From IMG/VR virus record IMGVR_UViG_3300028569_000039, positions 1 to 61,329 of that record: a stretch of 61,329 nucleotides of DNA, one strand, 5' to 3'. The first letter of the stretch is position 1. Every line of letters starts with the position of its first letter. The position numbers were made by a program, and so were the translations under genes. Source of the stretch: a virus (taxonomy: Duplodnaviria; Caudoviricetes). The notes beneath the pieces were generated by a model. The model was not told where the DNA came from, did not search any database, and saw nothing but the letters and a program-made list of their open reading frames with translations. This document shows positions 8,475 to 17,270 of the stretch, in pieces.

Positions 8475-8582
8475 TTCTATGGTACCTATCGTTAGGGTTT
8501 TTAATCATGCTGGCAATTAGGCTATCTATGGTCGGGAACCATTGGATAAACATAAGGCCGTCCGCTTGGTAAATGGTGAAGC

Positions 8583-8840
8583 TCATTCGTACCATCCTCT
8601 TACAAAAAATTGGTCGCCACATGCGTCAATCTCGCTCTGTGGGTAGCCGTTATCTAATAACCACTGACGGGTGTCGTCAATGTGCTCGGGTATCTCTTTT
8701 GGAAAGCCGTACTTCCAGCCACTGGGCGGATCAATCATCTTGCGTTTTGGCTTCTTAAATATGGCGTCCCAGTTGGCCTCGAACTCTTCCTTCGGTACTG
8801 TCATTGGGCGCTTTGCATCACCCTTGCCGCCGTCTCTCAT
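8583..8840 (-). CDS. Hypothetical protein
   Basis: GGKGDAKRP and IDPPSGWKYGFPK motifs. GAGG RBS. Confidence 0.65.
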   Translation of the reverse strand: MRDGGKGDAKRPMTVPKEEFEANWDAIFKKPKRKMIDPPSGWKYGFPKEIPEHIDDTRQWLLDNGYPQSEIDACGDQFFVRGWYE

Positions 8841-9097
8841 TCCTCACTCACTTTCTTAGCACCTGACAGTGTACGCATCTTAGCCAACACTTCAGCTAAC
8901 GGTTCTATCATCATGCACCTACAACTACTAATTGTTATTGGTGCAAACACCCTACCACTATCAGACTCTTCTCGGATGTCGATGAAGTCTTCAAAGAAAC
9001 TACGAACAGTGGCTTTGAGTTCTTCGTGTTCTCGTACCTTCTTCAGTGCATCAAACCCTTCAGTAATTTCTTCTGCTAGGCTGCGTTCATTGTTCAT
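8837..9097 (-). CDS. Hypothetical protein
   Basis: ORF track, coupled. Confidence 0.6.
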   Translation of the reverse strand: MNNERSLAEEITEGFDALKKVREHEELKATVRSFFEDFIDIREESDSGRVFAPITISSCRCMMIEPLAEVLAKMRTLSGAKKVSEE

Positions 9098-9281
9098 ATA
9101 TATCCCATCCTAAGAGCCTACGATTCATATCTGCGTTTTCTTTTTTCAACGCTTCTATTTCAAGCTGTTGCTGTTTGATAATGCTTTCAGCAAGACCAAA
9201 CTGGCGCAGCATGGCTGCGGCTTCTTTTTGATAAGCACAACAGGCACACTCAATTAAATCAGCTAGTTCATTTGCGTTCAT
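9087..9281 (-). CDS. Hypothetical coiled-coil protein
   Basis: ORF track, AGGAG RBS. Confidence 0.6.
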   Translation of the reverse strand: MNANELADLIECACCAYQKEAAAMLRQFGLAESIIKQQQLEIEALKKENADMNRRLLGWDIYEQ

Positions 9282-9282
9282 A

Positions 9283-9543
9283 TCATCTCCTAAACTGCGG
9301 CACCTTGTTAAAGCGGCCGAATGTTAATCTCATCTTCAGTGCGTTAAGCCGCCCGAATATCTTGTTGCGATAACCTTGGCTTGCACGACGTAGGCGCTGG
9401 CTTAGTGTCCGGCGCTGGCGTGGGTTGCGACATAGTATCTTAATCTGTTTGTAATCGGTGACAAGCCGGCGCGAACCAAAACCCTTGAAGACTTGGGTGA
9501 AGGTGTTGCGCCGGATTGTTTTCCTAAACCGGAAGTTTGTCAT
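9283..9543 (-). CDS. Very Arg-rich small protein (probable start MTNFRFRK at 9543)
   Basis: The longer track ORF overlaps a better upstream ORF at 9524..9697. Confidence 0.5.
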   Translation of the reverse strand: MTNFRFRKTIRRNTFTQVFKGFGSRRLVTDYKQIKILCRNPRQRRTLSQRLRRASQGYRNKIFGRLNALKMRLTFGRFNKVPQFRR

Positions 9544-9697
9544 CGCTCTCGCCTGACGGGCACACTGGTTTACCCAACATTGCAAACTCTGCATACTGCC
9601 ACGCCGTGTCACGTACCTCTGCCGGCGTCGCGCCACGGGCGACTAAGCCCATGACTGCCGCGACTGCAAAAGCAAACTCCTGCTCTTTATCTGTCAT
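9524..9697 (-). CDS. Hypothetical protein, 57 aa (not in ORF track)
   Basis: MTDKEQEFAFAVAAVMGLVARG... ATGA overlap with the HNH stop. Confidence 0.6.
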   Translation of the reverse strand: MTDKEQEFAFAVAAVMGLVARGATPAEVRDTAWQYAEFAMLGKPVCPSGESDDKLPV

Positions 9698-10230
9698 TTT
9701 GTTTTTTCCTTAATTGAAGTTACCATAGCCTCTAAAATCGGCAATATTTTTTGTTCGTCAAATTGATTTAATGCTAGGTTGACTGCGCATAGTACTACCC
9801 TTGTATTTTCTGGTGTGTAATTTTTGTTACTGCTGTCAATTCTATCTAATGACGGCGCGTAAGCGTTTTGTTTTTTGTCCCCAGTGAAAGAAAAGTCAAA
9901 TAAAAGGTTTGTAAATTCGCAAGTGCCTTTTAATAATTTCTGTTCAATCCACTGTCTGTCTATAGTCACAATAGCGTCATTTTCTTTTGCTCTGTTTTTA
10001 GCACTTAACAACATTCTGTTACTTCTGCCTTTCATTGTTTGTGCATAAGCTAAATTAAAGGAGTAGTTTTCAAGTTTTCTTTTTTTAAATCTTTCAGGCG
10101 AAATCCACAGCTCAACAAAAAATCCGTTTTGTTTTACTTGTTTTTTATTGTACGCATGAAATAAAAATCCATCTTCTCTTTCGTCACCGTAAGAGAAGGG
10201 CGCTCCTGTTTTGGGGTTTTTGCGTTGCAT
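9694..10230 (-). CDS. HNH-like endonuclease, paralog of 6917..7612
   Basis: Shared N-terminus (NPKTGAPF..G..REDGF.F) and APSLDRIDS...YTPENTRVV...VN. Visibly AT-rich. Confidence 0.75.
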   Translation of the reverse strand: MQRKNPKTGAPFSYGDEREDGFLFHAYNKKQVKQNGFFVELWISPERFKKRKLENYSFNLAYAQTMKGRSNRMLLSAKNRAKENDAIVTIDRQWIEQKLLKGTCEFTNLLFDFSFTGDKKQNAYAPSLDRIDSSNKNYTPENTRVVLCAVNLALNQFDEQKILPILEAMVTSIKEKTK

Positions 10231-10238
10231 TAGATACT

Positions 10239-10315
10239 CCACTTAGTAGTTGATGTTAGAGGGGCTATTCCATAAAGTGGTATGGAAAGGGCTGGCCAGC
10301 CTTTTCGCCTTCTCT
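10239..10315 (-). ncRNA. Candidate cis-regulatory 3-way-junction RNA with RBS pseudoknot
   Basis: AGAG..GGC/GCC..CTCT closing stem and two hairpins. Loop CCACTT is complementary to AAGTGG overlapping the GGAG RBS. Confidence 0.5.
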
Positions 10316-10319
10316 ATAT

Positions 10320-10351
10320 ATAATAATACAAAATCTAGCACAAAACCGCCC
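10320..10351 (-). promoter_or_regulatory. Phage promoter GGGCG-N14-TTTGTATTATTAT
   Basis: Exact bipartite consensus. Confidence 0.8.
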
Positions 10352-12660
10352 TAAAACACAGCATCGTCAAATGTTTCAATGGATTCCACATACTTCTGTG
10401 CCTTTGCGTTTAATCTTACTCCCATGTATACCTGCATACGATCACCGTTCTCGCGTGTCTGCTCGGAGCGTACTAACTGCTCCTGCGTCGCCGCCAAGAA
10501 TCTGCGCTTGAACGCCTGCTCGGTTCCTGGGGGCATTGACTTCTTGAGCGCCCAGTGTTTGTAGCAGGCAAACACGTCCTCTTTGCGAACCATGTAGTCC
10601 GGATGGAACTCCAAGGCGTCCTCTGAGAATGATCCGATTGGATTGCCCAGCTCGGCCATCAAGTCCAAGTACTCCTTACCGCTAGCAGGTTGTACAAAGT
10701 GCCCACCCCTTGCAATGCGTCTCTTAAGTCCTTCCATCGCCCAGTTAAAGATACCGCCGAGCTCTTGCTCCAGCTTGTGTGACAAGTCGGTGTCCTCCTT
10801 ATTAAAAAACGACTTGCTCATCTTGAGGACGATCATGCGGCCGGTGAGGGCGTTACTGTTCTCGGTTAGTTGCAGCACCTCGTTCGAGTAGATTACTAAT
10901 CGTGTCGGTAGGTAGCCGTTCCATGCCTCTTTGTTTTTACGATTGACCGTAATCGTATCCCCGCCGACAATACGCAACAGCTGAGATACCACAGCACTGC
11001 GATTGCGCTCAGGAGCACGAGCGTCGGTAAAAGAAGCAAGTAGCTTACCCAGCCATGGTTGTAGTCCGAATGTGTCACACAGTTCTCCTAGCTCGGGCGC
11101 GACGGTGTTGTGCTGTCCAAGCAGTGCCACCAGCACCTTGTTGATGGTACCCTTGCCACTACGGCGTGGGCCGATGATGTTAAAAAACTTTTGCTGTCTC
11201 GTGTCTCCCGACAGGATGTAGCCAAACATCTCCTGTAGCGTGTCAATCGACTCTTGGTCATCACCCCACACCGAGCGCAAGAACGTGTCCCACGTAGGCG
11301 ATACGGCCGTCTGGTTGTACTCGAACGGCAGTGAGTTCTGTGTAAAGAAGCCCAGTGAGTGCGGTATCAGTATGCTGTCTTCCAGATGGAAGATGCCGTT
11401 CTTGAGCGAGACCAGCTTGGATGCGGCTGGCTTAGCTTGCGAGTAGTCTTCTAACCAAATCGGTGGCTTGGTATTCGGGTGGTTGGGTAAGTGCACGACC
11501 GACTTGATTGCGTCCAGTGCACCTGATACCGAGGCAGGTGATGGATTGAACGGGACTAAGGCACCCTGCTTGCCCGACTTCTTGCACTTCTCTAAGAACT
11601 GGTACACCTTGGAGCGGATGGTGGCCTCCTCGATTACCTCGTAGTGCGTGCCGGCGTAGATAAAGAAGTCGTCTGCATAATGCACCAGCTTGTAGCCCTC
11701 CTCGCTCGAGTAGTAATTGTCCAAGAACGTACGGGCATGGTTCATCGCCCCCGCGTCAAGGATAATCTCGCCCCGTGCTAAGGCCTCCTTGCGATCTTGT
11801 TGGTTGACCTGAAACAAGAGCGAGCGCAGTGTCGCGCCCGATCCCTTGAACGTCCTCCACTTGTTCTCGCACGAGTAGTCTCCCGTGGCAGTGTAGCCTG
11901 CACCAGTCGATGACCACCGATCCCATGCCTCACAGGCCTCGACGTCGCCGCCAAACTGGTGGTGCAGGATCGCGCCTACCTTGAGCCAGTCCGAGTAGCC
12001 CATGTTGGGATCTAACTTGGCTAGGATCCCGGTCTCGACACGGTGAATGTCATACCCCTCGAGCGGTGCCGTGTAGTCACCGAATGCGTCGCCCGTGTTG
12101 TGGAACGTGCGCTCGGGGATCACTAAGCTCAAGTCCTGCACCTCGGCCGGCACCGTGCCGCCTATGTGACGACCAGTGACGGTAAAGAAGCGTGAGTTCG
12201 CATACGCCTCAAAACCGATGCTATGGTCTGCGTGTGAGGCGAATGGGTTGGATCGGGTGAATATCTTAACGCCTGTGCCGGACGGACTAACCTCCATGTA
12301 GCCCTCGACTCGGTCTGCTAATTGCTGCATTGCAGCATTTATGAAACGGGCTGTGTGGTGGTCGTAGCAGTCATCCAAGTCGATGCCTACCAAGTCGTCA
12401 TCATGCGAGAATACAAAGCCCACGCCGTCAAACTTGTGCGTATTGTAGGCCTGCTCGACTGACATAAAGTCCGTCCACGTCTTGGGGTCTGTCGATGATG
12501 CGTACCGCCCAGTGACCTGTAGCGGCATCTTAGCCCATCTCCTGTTCTCCCCATCACCGACCTGCACGAACGACCACATCACCCAGCGGGGCACCTTACG
12601 GAGCTCTATGGGTATGTTGGCCAGCTCGACGGGCAGGCAGAATGGTTTGGTATCGCTCAT
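10351..12660 (-). CDS. Primase-polymerase / PriCT-2 / D5-like SF3 helicase fusion
   Basis: GIDLDD and EVSPSGTG prim-pol motifs, YSDWLKVG...WDRWS PriCT-2, GPRRSGKGT Walker A. Confidence 0.9.
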   Translation of the reverse strand: MSDTKPFCLPVELANIPIELRKVPRWVMWSFVQVGDGENRRWAKMPLQVTGRYASSTDPKTWTDFMSVEQAYNTHKFDGVGFVFSHDDDLVGIDLDDCYDHHTARFINAAMQQLADRVEGYMEVSPSGTGVKIFTRSNPFASHADHSIGFEAYANSRFFTVTGRHIGGTVPAEVQDLSLVIPERTFHNTGDAFGDYTAPLEGYDIHRVETGILAKLDPNMGYSDWLKVGAILHHQFGGDVEACEAWDRWSSTGAGYTATGDYSCENKWRTFKGSGATLRSLLFQVNQQDRKEALARGEIILDAGAMNHARTFLDNYYSSEEGYKLVHYADDFFIYAGTHYEVIEEATIRSKVYQFLEKCKKSGKQGALVPFNPSPASVSGALDAIKSVVHLPNHPNTKPPIWLEDYSQAKPAASKLVSLKNGIFHLEDSILIPHSLGFFTQNSLPFEYNQTAVSPTWDTFLRSVWGDDQESIDTLQEMFGYILSGDTRQQKFFNIIGPRRSGKGTINKVLVALLGQHNTVAPELGELCDTFGLQPWLGKLLASFTDARAPERNRSAVVSQLLRIVGGDTITVNRKNKEAWNGYLPTRLVIYSNEVLQLTENSNALTGRMIVLKMSKSFFNKEDTDLSHKLEQELGGIFNWAMEGLKRRIARGGHFVQPASGKEYLDLMAELGNPIGSFSEDALEFHPDYMVRKEDVFACYKHWALKKSMPPGTEQAFKRRFLAATQEQLVRSEQTRENGDRMQVYMGVRLNAKAQKYVESIETFDDAVF

Positions 12661-12680
12661 TTTATCCTTTCAGTGTACAT

Positions 12681-12693
12681 ATAATAATACAAA
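12681..12693 (-). promoter_or_regulatory. Phage promoter core without GGGCG (primase)
   Basis: TTTGTATTATTAT 20 bp before the ATG. Confidence 0.75.
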
Positions 12694-12781
12694 ACACCTC
12701 GTCAGCGTCATTCCACATTGCGAGATAATTCCACGGGGTTGCTTAAAAAATAGGCAAAATGGGTGCGCGCCAGCGCTTTTT

Positions 12782-12892
12782 TGACAGGGTGTACAGGGTA
12801 GACACGCCTTTTTTACTTTTTTTCAAACTTTTTTTAAAAAAAATAAATAAAGTATGGAAAACACTAAAAACGTCGTGCTACCCTGTCTACCC
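12782..12892. repeat. Origin-like element, copy 1 (direct repeat of 18945..19056)
   Basis: ACAGGGT iterons, T/A-tract core, inverted GGGTAGACA/TGTCTACCC arms. Confidence 0.8.
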
Positions 12893-12990
12893 AAGACACT
12901 TTTAAACAATAGCTAACGGAAACAACGACTTACAAGCGAAATGTTTCACGCAATGTTTCACGAAATATACACAACATTAACAAACATAGC

Positions 12991-13003
12991 TAAGTGCTTG
13001 ATT
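12991..13003 (-). promoter_or_regulatory. IHF-consensus site
   Basis: AATCAAGCACTTA matches WATCAANNNNTTR. Confidence 0.45.
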
Positions 13004-13224
13004 TATATAGGAAAGCAAGTTACCGTACCGCCACCCCCTGGAATACACCGAATGATTGGCGCGGGTTGGGTGTTGGCAAATGCCGCGGCGACGTGCAAGA
13101 AAAAGTAGACTGCCGTAAATATTAGTACGCACTTGACGATCTTGTCCATATTGTCCCCCTCTGTTTGTTGTAGTCCGCAGTCACAACTGCGCCCCTGATT
13201 ACAGTTTCCGTTACATCCCCTCAT
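13003..13224 (-). CDS. Hypothetical Cys-rich/membrane protein
   Basis: ORF track. Confidence 0.5.
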   Translation of the reverse strand: MRGCNGNCNQGRSCDCGLQQTEGDNMDKIVKCVLIFTAVYFFLHVAAAFANTQPAPIIRCIPGGGGTVTCFPI

Positions 13225-13418
13225 AGTGCCACCTCGTAGTCTAGTCGTTTAACCATATTGTATGCCCACTTACGGAAGGCATCCCTGTTCTCGGGAGTCT
13301 GCTCGTCCCCTTCGTCCCATTCAGCAAACACGATAAGGGATCCTAGCGCATCATAGAACTCGATGCCTGTCATGTTGCCGTCCTTGTCTAATACGTCCTG
13401 TGGTATAGCCGTTGTCAT
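13221..13418 (-). CDS. Hypothetical protein
   Basis: ORF track, coupled. Confidence 0.65.
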   Translation of the reverse strand: MTTAIPQDVLDKDGNMTGIEFYDALGSLIVFAEWDEGDEQTPENRDAFRKWAYNMVKRLDYEVAL

Positions 13419-13645
13419 GCCTGTGCCTTTCTTAGTAGTTCCCTAGCAAACCGTAGTACGTGCACACTACCATCAAACCCGTGCGCCGTCTCTTCTGCCA
13501 AGTCGTAGATTTCCTGATCGGTGAGTTGCTTTGATGGGTGTTTGTACAGTGGTATCAGCCCGTCTCGTAGCTCCTCGTCAAACTCGTCGTACTGCTCGTT
13601 AGTGTAGAACTCGTATTCATCTATCCACCCCGCAGGCTTGCTCAT
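13415..13645 (-). CDS. Hypothetical protein
   Basis: ORF track, coupled. IPLY...LTDQEI pattern common in small phage ORFs. Confidence 0.65.
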   Translation of the reverse strand: MSKPAGWIDEYEFYTNEQYDEFDEELRDGLIPLYKHPSKQLTDQEIYDLAEETAHGFDGSVHVLRFARELLRKAQA

Positions 13646-13992
13646 TCATCCCCCTGTGCTATTGAGTAGGTGTCGCGTAGCCTTGGCGACTCATCGTTCC
13701 ATGAATCACTGGCACCGTAGTCACCTCGGATCGCACTCATGCGCTCTGTCTTCCTGAACTCAGGCTCGACTGCCCACCATGCGCTGGATGCCTCCAAGTA
13801 CTCAATGAACTCGTCATTCTGTTCAAAGAGTGGATGGTTTAGCCCCTCAACGTCAACGGTCTGTGTAACGGTTGCCTGCCGTACCCATGGCCTCTTGGTA
13901 TAGCCCTCAGTGCGTACAACACCCACCCTGTCACGCGCGGTAATGAATCGTTTGTAGGCGCGTTGCTGTTCGTCTGTTAGTTGTAATGTCAT
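13642..13992 (-). CDS. Hypothetical protein
   Basis: ORF track, coupled. Confidence 0.65.
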   Translation of the reverse strand: MTLQLTDEQQRAYKRFITARDRVGVVRTEGYTKRPWVRQATVTQTVDVEGLNHPLFEQNDEFIEYLEASSAWWAVEPEFRKTERMSAIRGDYGASDSWNDESPRLRDTYSIAQGDE

Positions 13993-14561
13993 TCCTCATT
14001 CTCCTCATTAAAGTTGTCGTCACTGATACTGCCTAGTGATACTGGCTCACGCGCCAAGCACGCTCGCAGTCGGTATATCTTCTTGGCGTCCACGTCCAGC
14101 GCGGTGGCTAGCTCCTGCACCGATGGCTTACGGCCTAGTGTCTGAGACAGTACGCGCTCGTTGTAGTGCATACGGTAGATGTCCTCCACCACGTTGATGG
14201 GTAGTCGGATAATGTTTGCCGTGTTGTCAATCTCCCTGCGCACGCCGCGCTCAATGAACGAGCGAGCAAATGCCGCGAATGGTATCTTGCCCATCGGTTT
14301 CCATCTCTTTGCCGCCTCCAGTAGCTTCTCATTGCCGATTGCCAGTATGTCCTCCTGTGGTAGCTTACTATGTTCCCATACCGTCATCTTGGTGACTACA
14401 TGGGGCACAAAACGTAGGTTATGCCTTACCAGCTTCTCCAGCGCGTTGTCATCCCCAGTGGCGATGCGTTTTGCTAGTGCCTTCTCCTCTTCTAGTGTCA
14501 GTGGCTCTATGCCGTACAGTGATTTCAGATAGTCCGACTTGATGTCGTTGTTACTTGCCAT
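13989..14561 (-). CDS. RpoD/RpoS-like sigma factor with regions 1.2, 2 and 3 but no region 4
   Basis: YLKSL..IEPLTLEEEKALAKRI..GD..ALEKLVRHNLRFV, then IIRLP, then LSQTLGRKPSVQELA. Ends at EPVSL plus an acidic tail. Confidence 0.85.
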   Translation of the reverse strand: MASNNDIKSDYLKSLYGIEPLTLEEEKALAKRIATGDDNALEKLVRHNLRFVPHVVTKMTVWEHSKLPQEDILAIGNEKLLEAAKRWKPMGKIPFAAFARSFIERGVRREIDNTANIIRLPINVVEDIYRMHYNERVLSQTLGRKPSVQELATALDVDAKKIYRLRACLAREPVSLGSISDDNFNEENEE

Positions 14562-14705
14562 AATGGTGCCTTTTTATGTAAGAGAAAATCTCTTTATGCA
14601 ACATGAGCGCAAGGCCAGCCACAACGGCAAAAACACTGTCAAAGCTAAACCCATAATTGTCCAATATAAACCATCCGTAGATTAACGCAAAAAATCCGAT
14701 GATAT

Positions 14706-14888
14706 TCAAAACGGTGCCTCCTTGAGTAGTAGTAGTGTAGCCATTGCGTACGGATTGGCCTTAGGATCCCTTGGCAGTGCTTTCAGGCTCATGCCGTCGG
14801 TAAGGTAGGGGGTAGCCTCCAGTTTGCTTACAAACTTCCTGCAGGCACCCCCAAACTCGTCAATCAGAATGTACTTGTACTGGCTCAT
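14706..14888 (-). CDS. Hypothetical early protein
   Basis: ORF track. Confidence 0.5.
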   Translation of the reverse strand: MSQYKYILIDEFGGACRKFVSKLEATPYLTDGMSLKALPRDPKANPYAMATLLLLKEAPF

Positions 14889-15020
14889 TGGCTCGTTGCT
14901 CCTGTTTCCAGTCCTGCCATACCTTAAGCAGGTTGACCTCGGGTGTTGGTGTGGCCAAGATGTGGTCGATAAAGTCCTGCTGCTCTTTGTTCATTCTTAC
15001 GATCTGATTTAGTCCGTGCA

Positions 15021-15290
15021 TTATACATTCTCCTGTAATGGTTTGACTACTACTGCCTTGATGTGTTGGACGGTTGTCACTGATTTGACAAAGGCCTCGT
15101 CGCTCAGTTTGCGTACCAGTGGTGCGCTGATTTGTTCCCTGTCATATTCCAACACCTCGGCAAAGAACTGCTCGCCTTCATAGTTGCCTACACCACGCGC
15201 GATGAGCTCTGCCTTGAGCTTGCTCTTGATCTCCTCAAGGGCTTGGATCTGTTGTGATACTGCACCGTACTGGTCAATGATGTTTTTCAT
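15021..15290 (-). CDS. Hypothetical early protein
   Basis: AGGAG RBS. Confidence 0.7.
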   Translation of the reverse strand: MKNIIDQYGAVSQQIQALEEIKSKLKAELIARGVGNYEGEQFFAEVLEYDREQISAPLVRKLSDEAFVKSVTTVQHIKAVVVKPLQENV

Positions 15291-15303
15291 GGTAATTCTC
15301 CTG

Positions 15304-15540
15304 TTAATGTTTTTTAAATGCTATTTCGTATTCGACGCCGTTGTCATCTACTTCACCGTCTACTTGTATGTAATCATACCCGAGTTCTTCGCAATAGTCA
15401 AATACTTCCTCCTCAGTGTTAAATTCACGCACCTCTTTGATGTTTTGAATAACCGCCAACGGTGTGTAATCCCGAGGCGCGTTCAAAGTGTCTATCGAAA
15501 ATTCCCCAAAAACGATGGTGCCTATGTAATAAGATGTCAT
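15304..15540 (-). CDS. Hypothetical acidic early protein
   Basis: GGAGG RBS, ATGA coupling at 15540. Confidence 0.6.
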   Translation of the reverse strand: MTSYYIGTIVFGEFSIDTLNAPRDYTPLAVIQNIKEVREFNTEEEVFDYCEELGYDYIQVDGEVDDNGVEYEIAFKKH

Positions 15541-15845
15541 TGTAAACCCTCCAAAAAGTCTAACCATTCTTGACCACGGTGCTCAAGCACAAACTCGGGC
15601 GATCCCTTGGTGCCTGCCTTGACCTCGGTGCGTGATGGTATGCGGTTGCCGTAGTAGTCATTGAACGACTCATTACCAAGTAAGCACCAGCCATCTGTGA
15701 TGGCCTGCATCATGGCACGGCCGTACGATCCCTGCATTGACCATAAGCCGCCGTTGATAGCACGTTGGATGGAGGCATAGAGCTCGTACTCGTCGACTGC
15801 GTCGTCTGCCTCTATGTTGTTGATGTCTTTTAATGATAGTGTCAT
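15537..15845 (-). CDS. Hypothetical early protein
   Basis: WSMQGSYGRA motif, GGAG RBS. Confidence 0.7.
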   Translation of the reverse strand: MTLSLKDINNIEADDAVDEYELYASIQRAINGGLWSMQGSYGRAMMQAITDGWCLLGNESFNDYYGNRIPSRTEVKAGTKGSPEFVLEHRGQEWLDFLEGLQ

Positions 15846-15979
15846 ACCTGCTCTCCAGTTAATGAAATAAGCCAATTTTGTTTTACATACTGTGATTTAT
15901 CTAATAGGTAATTTGTGCATTCTTCAAGTGTACCATAAAACTCTATTACACCTGAGTTACTTACGCAGTATTCTGTCAT
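15842..15979 (-). CDS. Hypothetical early protein
   Basis: GAGG RBS before MTEYC. Confidence 0.5.
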   Translation of the reverse strand: MTEYCVSNSGVIEFYGTLEECTNYLLDKSQYVKQNWLISLTGEQV

Positions 15980-15983
15980 TGTG

Positions 15984-16211
15984 TTAGTCCTCTTTGAATA
16001 ATTGTAAAAAGTAAGTGACAGAGTCCGCCACATTGTTTGCTAGGTCTTGCCCCTCCATTGTCTCGAATGGCTCCCATGGTGTCGCAATGTCCCAGTTCTC
16101 ATCGGCAATACCCTCGAGGATCTTTGAGAATGGTAAGTCGCCGTCCCAGTCTGATAAGTATGTGCTCAGTACAAAATGCTCTGCCTTGTTGCGTAATTGT
16201 TCTGCGTTCAT
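15984..16211 (-). CDS. Hypothetical early protein
   Basis: ORF track, RBS. Confidence 0.65.
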   Translation of the reverse strand: MNAEQLRNKAEHFVLSTYLSDWDGDLPFSKILEGIADENWDIATPWEPFETMEGQDLANNVADSVTYFLQLFKED

Positions 16212-16357
16212 TATTCCTGCTCCTCATATAGTTTGATCTTGGCATCCTCGGGGTTGTGATACCACCGGTTGATAATTAGCCATGCGTCGTCTTCGTCGTA
16301 TGCGTAAATCAGTGGGCGATCAATGCCGTCCACGGTTGGTTGATATAGTGCTCCCAT
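16211..16357 (-). CDS. Hypothetical early protein, 48 aa (not in ORF track)
   Basis: MGALYQPTVDGIDRPLIYAYDEDDAW... TAATG coupling. Confidence 0.55.
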   Translation of the reverse strand: MGALYQPTVDGIDRPLIYAYDEDDAWLIINRWYHNPEDAKIKLYEEQE

Positions 16358-16487
16358 TATTCCCACTCCTCTATGTCGTAGTCGTATACATAAAACCCCT
16401 GGTCTACGGCCTGTTGGTAGGCCTCTGCAAAAGTCGGTGCGTCGATGATGAGGGTCTGCCCCTCCTCATCCTTAAAGTATGCTGTAA

Positions 16488-16697
16488 TCATGCTGTGATC
16501 TCCTGTACAAACTGCTCTGCCTCTTCGAGGGTGGCGAACGACTTGACCATGTGCCCCCAGCCGACGTGCATCTCCATTACAGTAAACCGGCCGCCACGAT
16601 AGCTAGGCTTGTCGATGCGGTACGTTGGGTTGTCGATACTTGGTAAATTCCAAAGTCTTGCACGCTCTTTGTCTTCTGCCCAGTCAAATTTTGTCAT
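16488..16697 (-). CDS. Hypothetical early protein
   Basis: GGAGG RBS before MTKFDW. Confidence 0.65.
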   Translation of the reverse strand: MTKFDWAEDKERARLWNLPSIDNPTYRIDKPSYRGGRFTVMEMHVGWGHMVKSFATLEEAEQFVQEITA

Positions 16698-16751
16698 ATA
16701 TCCTCCGTTGTTTAATTCATTATACCGATTTTGGCCGGCCGTTGTCAATAA

Positions 16752-16973
16752 TTATTTTTCCCACTTAGCCAGGCCGTACAGGCCGTCCTTGACCTGCGCC
16801 AGGGTGTTGCGTACTACATTGGCACTGCTCTCACACTCGAGAGCCAGTACATCATCACCGCGCACATGAGCGCAGTCTGCTAGCTCCACAATATCTTTAA
16901 GGTATGCCCTTAGCGCATACTCCACTAATTCTCCTTGGCGGGTTGTGAGCCCGATCTCGAATTTATTTACCAT
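16752..16973 (-). CDS. Hypothetical early protein
   Basis: AGGAGG RBS. Confidence 0.7.
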   Translation of the reverse strand: MVNKFEIGLTTRQGELVEYALRAYLKDIVELADCAHVRGDDVLALECESSANVVRNTLAQVKDGLYGLAKWEK

Positions 16974-16984
16974 ACATCCTCCTA

Positions 16985-17251
16985 TTAGTCGTATACACCC
17001 AGCTCACCTGGGTTAATCCATTCTGCGTGCAGGCCGTACCTGGCCAGCGTGTTGGTGATCAGTGGGTTAACCCCAAACTCCCAGTCCGGTATGTTGCGGC
17101 CGTCGTAGTAGTCTGCCCATATTGTGTCGCGGTCGTACTCGCCGTAGATACCCTCGGCACTGATCTGAAAATTCTCAATGTCACTGCGCTCGTACACTGG
17201 CGCGCCGATCTTTTTGAGTGCGTTGAATGCTAGTCTGTGGTTGCGTGTCAT
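16985..17251 (-). CDS. Hypothetical early protein (start MTRNHR, just downstream of hammerhead 1)
   Basis: AGGAG RBS. The longer track ORF runs into the ribozyme. Confidence 0.7.
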   Translation of the reverse strand: MTRNHRLAFNALKKIGAPVYERSDIENFQISAEGIYGEYDRDTIWADYYDGRNIPDWEFGVNPLITNTLARYGLHAEWINPGELGVYD

Positions 17252-17270
17252 GGTGTAGCTCCTATGTGTT

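Noticed and set aside
12942-12962. Full parS site
   Set aside because: Only TGTTTCACG half-sites are present. The GTGAAACA half is missing.
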